Shown here in pieces: positions 62,859 through 64,000 of a DNA stretch of 64,000 nucleotides (positions are counted from its first letter, which is position 1; each line of letters opens with the position of its first letter). The notes below the pieces were generated by a model that was not told the origin of the DNA, ran no database searches, and saw only the letters and a program-made list of their open reading frames with translations. The DNA is taken from NCBI GenBank assembly GCA_963799725.1, contig CAWCYJ010000026.1, forward strand, positions 5,120 through 69,119, read 5' to 3'. Position numbers and translations under genes: made by a program. The DNA comes from an uncultured Pseudomonadota bacterium (GTDB lineage: Bacteria; Chloroflexota; UBA5177; JAJPKF01).

Positions 62859-63096
62859 CATAAAGGTCTGGGAGGTCGAGGGCGAGGCTGTCGTGTACGA
62901 TCCGAGCTCGGGCATGGGGCATGTGCTGAACCCGACAGCTCTGCGGATATGGTCGCTCTGCGACGGCCGTTCGGAACAAGACATCGAGAGCGCCCTCGGC
63001 CACGACTTCCCAGAGAAGAAGGATGCCATCCGACATGACGTCGCAGCGGCAATTCGGCAATTCCTCGAGCTCGGCTTGGTGGAGTGCGCCGCTTGA
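62836..63096 (+). CDS. PqqD-family protein (peptide-chaperone / RRE-like)
   Basis: At 86 aa, VEGEAVVYDPSSGMGHVLNPTALRIWSLCDGRSEQDIESAL...AIRHDVAAAIRQFLELGLV is the typical PqqD fold sequence. It overlaps the upstream gene by 23 nt. Confidence 0.8.
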   Translation: MALKKRDDIKVWEVEGEAVVYDPSSGMGHVLNPTALRIWSLCDGRSEQDIESALGHDFPEKKDAIRHDVAAAIRQFLELGLVECAA

Positions 63097-63953
63097 CCAG
63101 CCTCCAACAGCTATCGCATGCCGAAGTAGACAACTTCGAGTTTCCGGGCCTTTCCCTCCAACTGGAATCCGACGACCCAGAGCTGAGGGAGGGCTTCGGC
63201 CTGGTGTTCGAGGATTTGGTCCGTACCGAGGCCTCGCCTACCAGCCATGAGTATCGGATCAAGAAACAGCCGGCTGACCTGTACTCGCTGGAGTTCGACG
63301 GCCACCCTGTGGTGCAAGGAGTCACGAGGGGCGAAGCCTTCGGGTACCTTGAGTGGCACGTGACGAAGCTATGCCTTCAAGGGACGCAGTGTGGCATAGC
63401 ACTTCATGCTGCCGCCGTTGCCTACGAGGGACGCTCACTTCTGCTTGCCGGTACTTCGGGTTCCGGCAAGACAACGTTGGCCCTCTCTTTGATGCTCAAG
63501 GGCGCTGAGTATCTGTCGGATGAAGCTGTCTTTCTCTCGCCGTCAGGCGGCAAGCTTACTGCTTTCCCACGAGCGCTTGCTCTTAAAGAAGGGCGAGATC
63601 ATTGGATTGACTTCCCGGAGCGATCTAGCGTCACTGAGAATTCGTCGGCATGGCACATCGCAGGCAAGACGTACATTTTCCCCAGGAGATTTGGGTTGAA
63701 AGTGGCGAATCAGCCTGTCTCAGCAACGGCTGTGATCCTTCTTGAACGAGCAGCCGGCCCGCTTAGCTTTGTAAGAATTGCTCCAGGAGAGGCCCTTTTG
63801 CCTCTGCTTCGACAGGTATTCCCTACCGAGCCCCATGACCAGATCATGTCTACGGTGACCGGGCTGCTAAGAGCGGCGCCCTGTTACCGGCTTCGGACGA
63901 GTGACCTATCTGATGCCACGGAGGCAGCCTGGTCGTTGTTAGAGGGGCGGTAG
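63084..63953 (+). CDS. HprK-related kinase (HPr kinase C-terminal-like P-loop protein)
   Basis: LHAAAVAYEGRSLLLAGTSGSGKTTLALSLMLKGAEYLSDEAVFL matches the HprK-like Walker A context. The GTG start overlaps the PqqD stop by 13 nt. Confidence 0.75.
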   Translation: MRRLTSLQQLSHAEVDNFEFPGLSLQLESDDPELREGFGLVFEDLVRTEASPTSHEYRIKKQPADLYSLEFDGHPVVQGVTRGEAFGYLEWHVTKLCLQGTQCGIALHAAAVAYEGRSLLLAGTSGSGKTTLALSLMLKGAEYLSDEAVFLSPSGGKLTAFPRALALKEGRDHWIDFPERSSVTENSSAWHIAGKTYIFPRRFGLKVANQPVSATAVILLERAAGPLSFVRIAPGEALLPLLRQVFPTEPHDQIMSTVTGLLRAAPCYRLRTSDLSDATEAAWSLLEGR

Positions 63954-64000
63954 GAATCGTAATCCATGCCGTGTAGCGTCAGCGAGAGACACCTCTTGGC

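Noticed and set aside
62415-64000. Calling the PqqD/HprK-like genes a lasso-peptide biosynthetic cluster.
   Set aside because: No Asn-synthetase-like cyclase, transglutaminase-like leader protease or short precursor is visible in the window. Only the weaker 'RiPP-like module' hypothesis is reported.

Overview
The window is two unrelated pieces of DNA joined at about 11,636-11,646.

(A) 1-11,635 is very GC-rich and is a mycobacterial ESX-5-like region. It holds PE/PPE genes, including a 1,447-bp tandem PPE duplication. It also holds a PE remnant, a CYP143-type P450 with its divergent 3Fe-4S ferredoxin, a Pkn-type Ser/Thr kinase, and an eccC gene missing its 5' half at the junction.

(B) 11,647-64,000 has visibly lower GC and looks like ordinary chromosome from a different monoderm bacterium. 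The clues are LPXTG sorting, Pro/Thr-rich linkers, an F420-type nitroreductase and a DinB protein, which suggests Chloroflexota or a non-mycobacterial Actinomycetota; this is inferred, not tested. It carries:
- fhs plus a cyclodeaminase-like gene, and a GH130 gene
- a large Cys-repeat propeller protein, tRNA-Leu(CAA), and a clan-SB peptidase
- Clp_N/ispF, a D-lyxose isomerase, and an MFS pump
- a NOX-like ferric reductase with an FMN-binding protein
- a Fur-family regulator with a Znu/Tro-type ABC importer
- an ECF sigma/anti-sigma module, and Mop-ModA-ModB
- an exopolysaccharide-type locus (51.8-64 kb)

The exopolysaccharide locus ends in the most unusual module: a tiny Ser-rich LPXTG protein translationally coupled to a PqqD-family protein and an HprK-related kinase. 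Nearby are a nucleotidyltransferase/dTMP-kinase-like fusion and a GGDEF protein with a degenerate active site but an intact I-site.

Part B contains at least a dozen apparent frameshifts in otherwise recognisable genes, so it is either error-rich assembly or decaying DNA.

All product calls come from motif recognition by eye. No database search, GC calculation or RNA-model scan was run.
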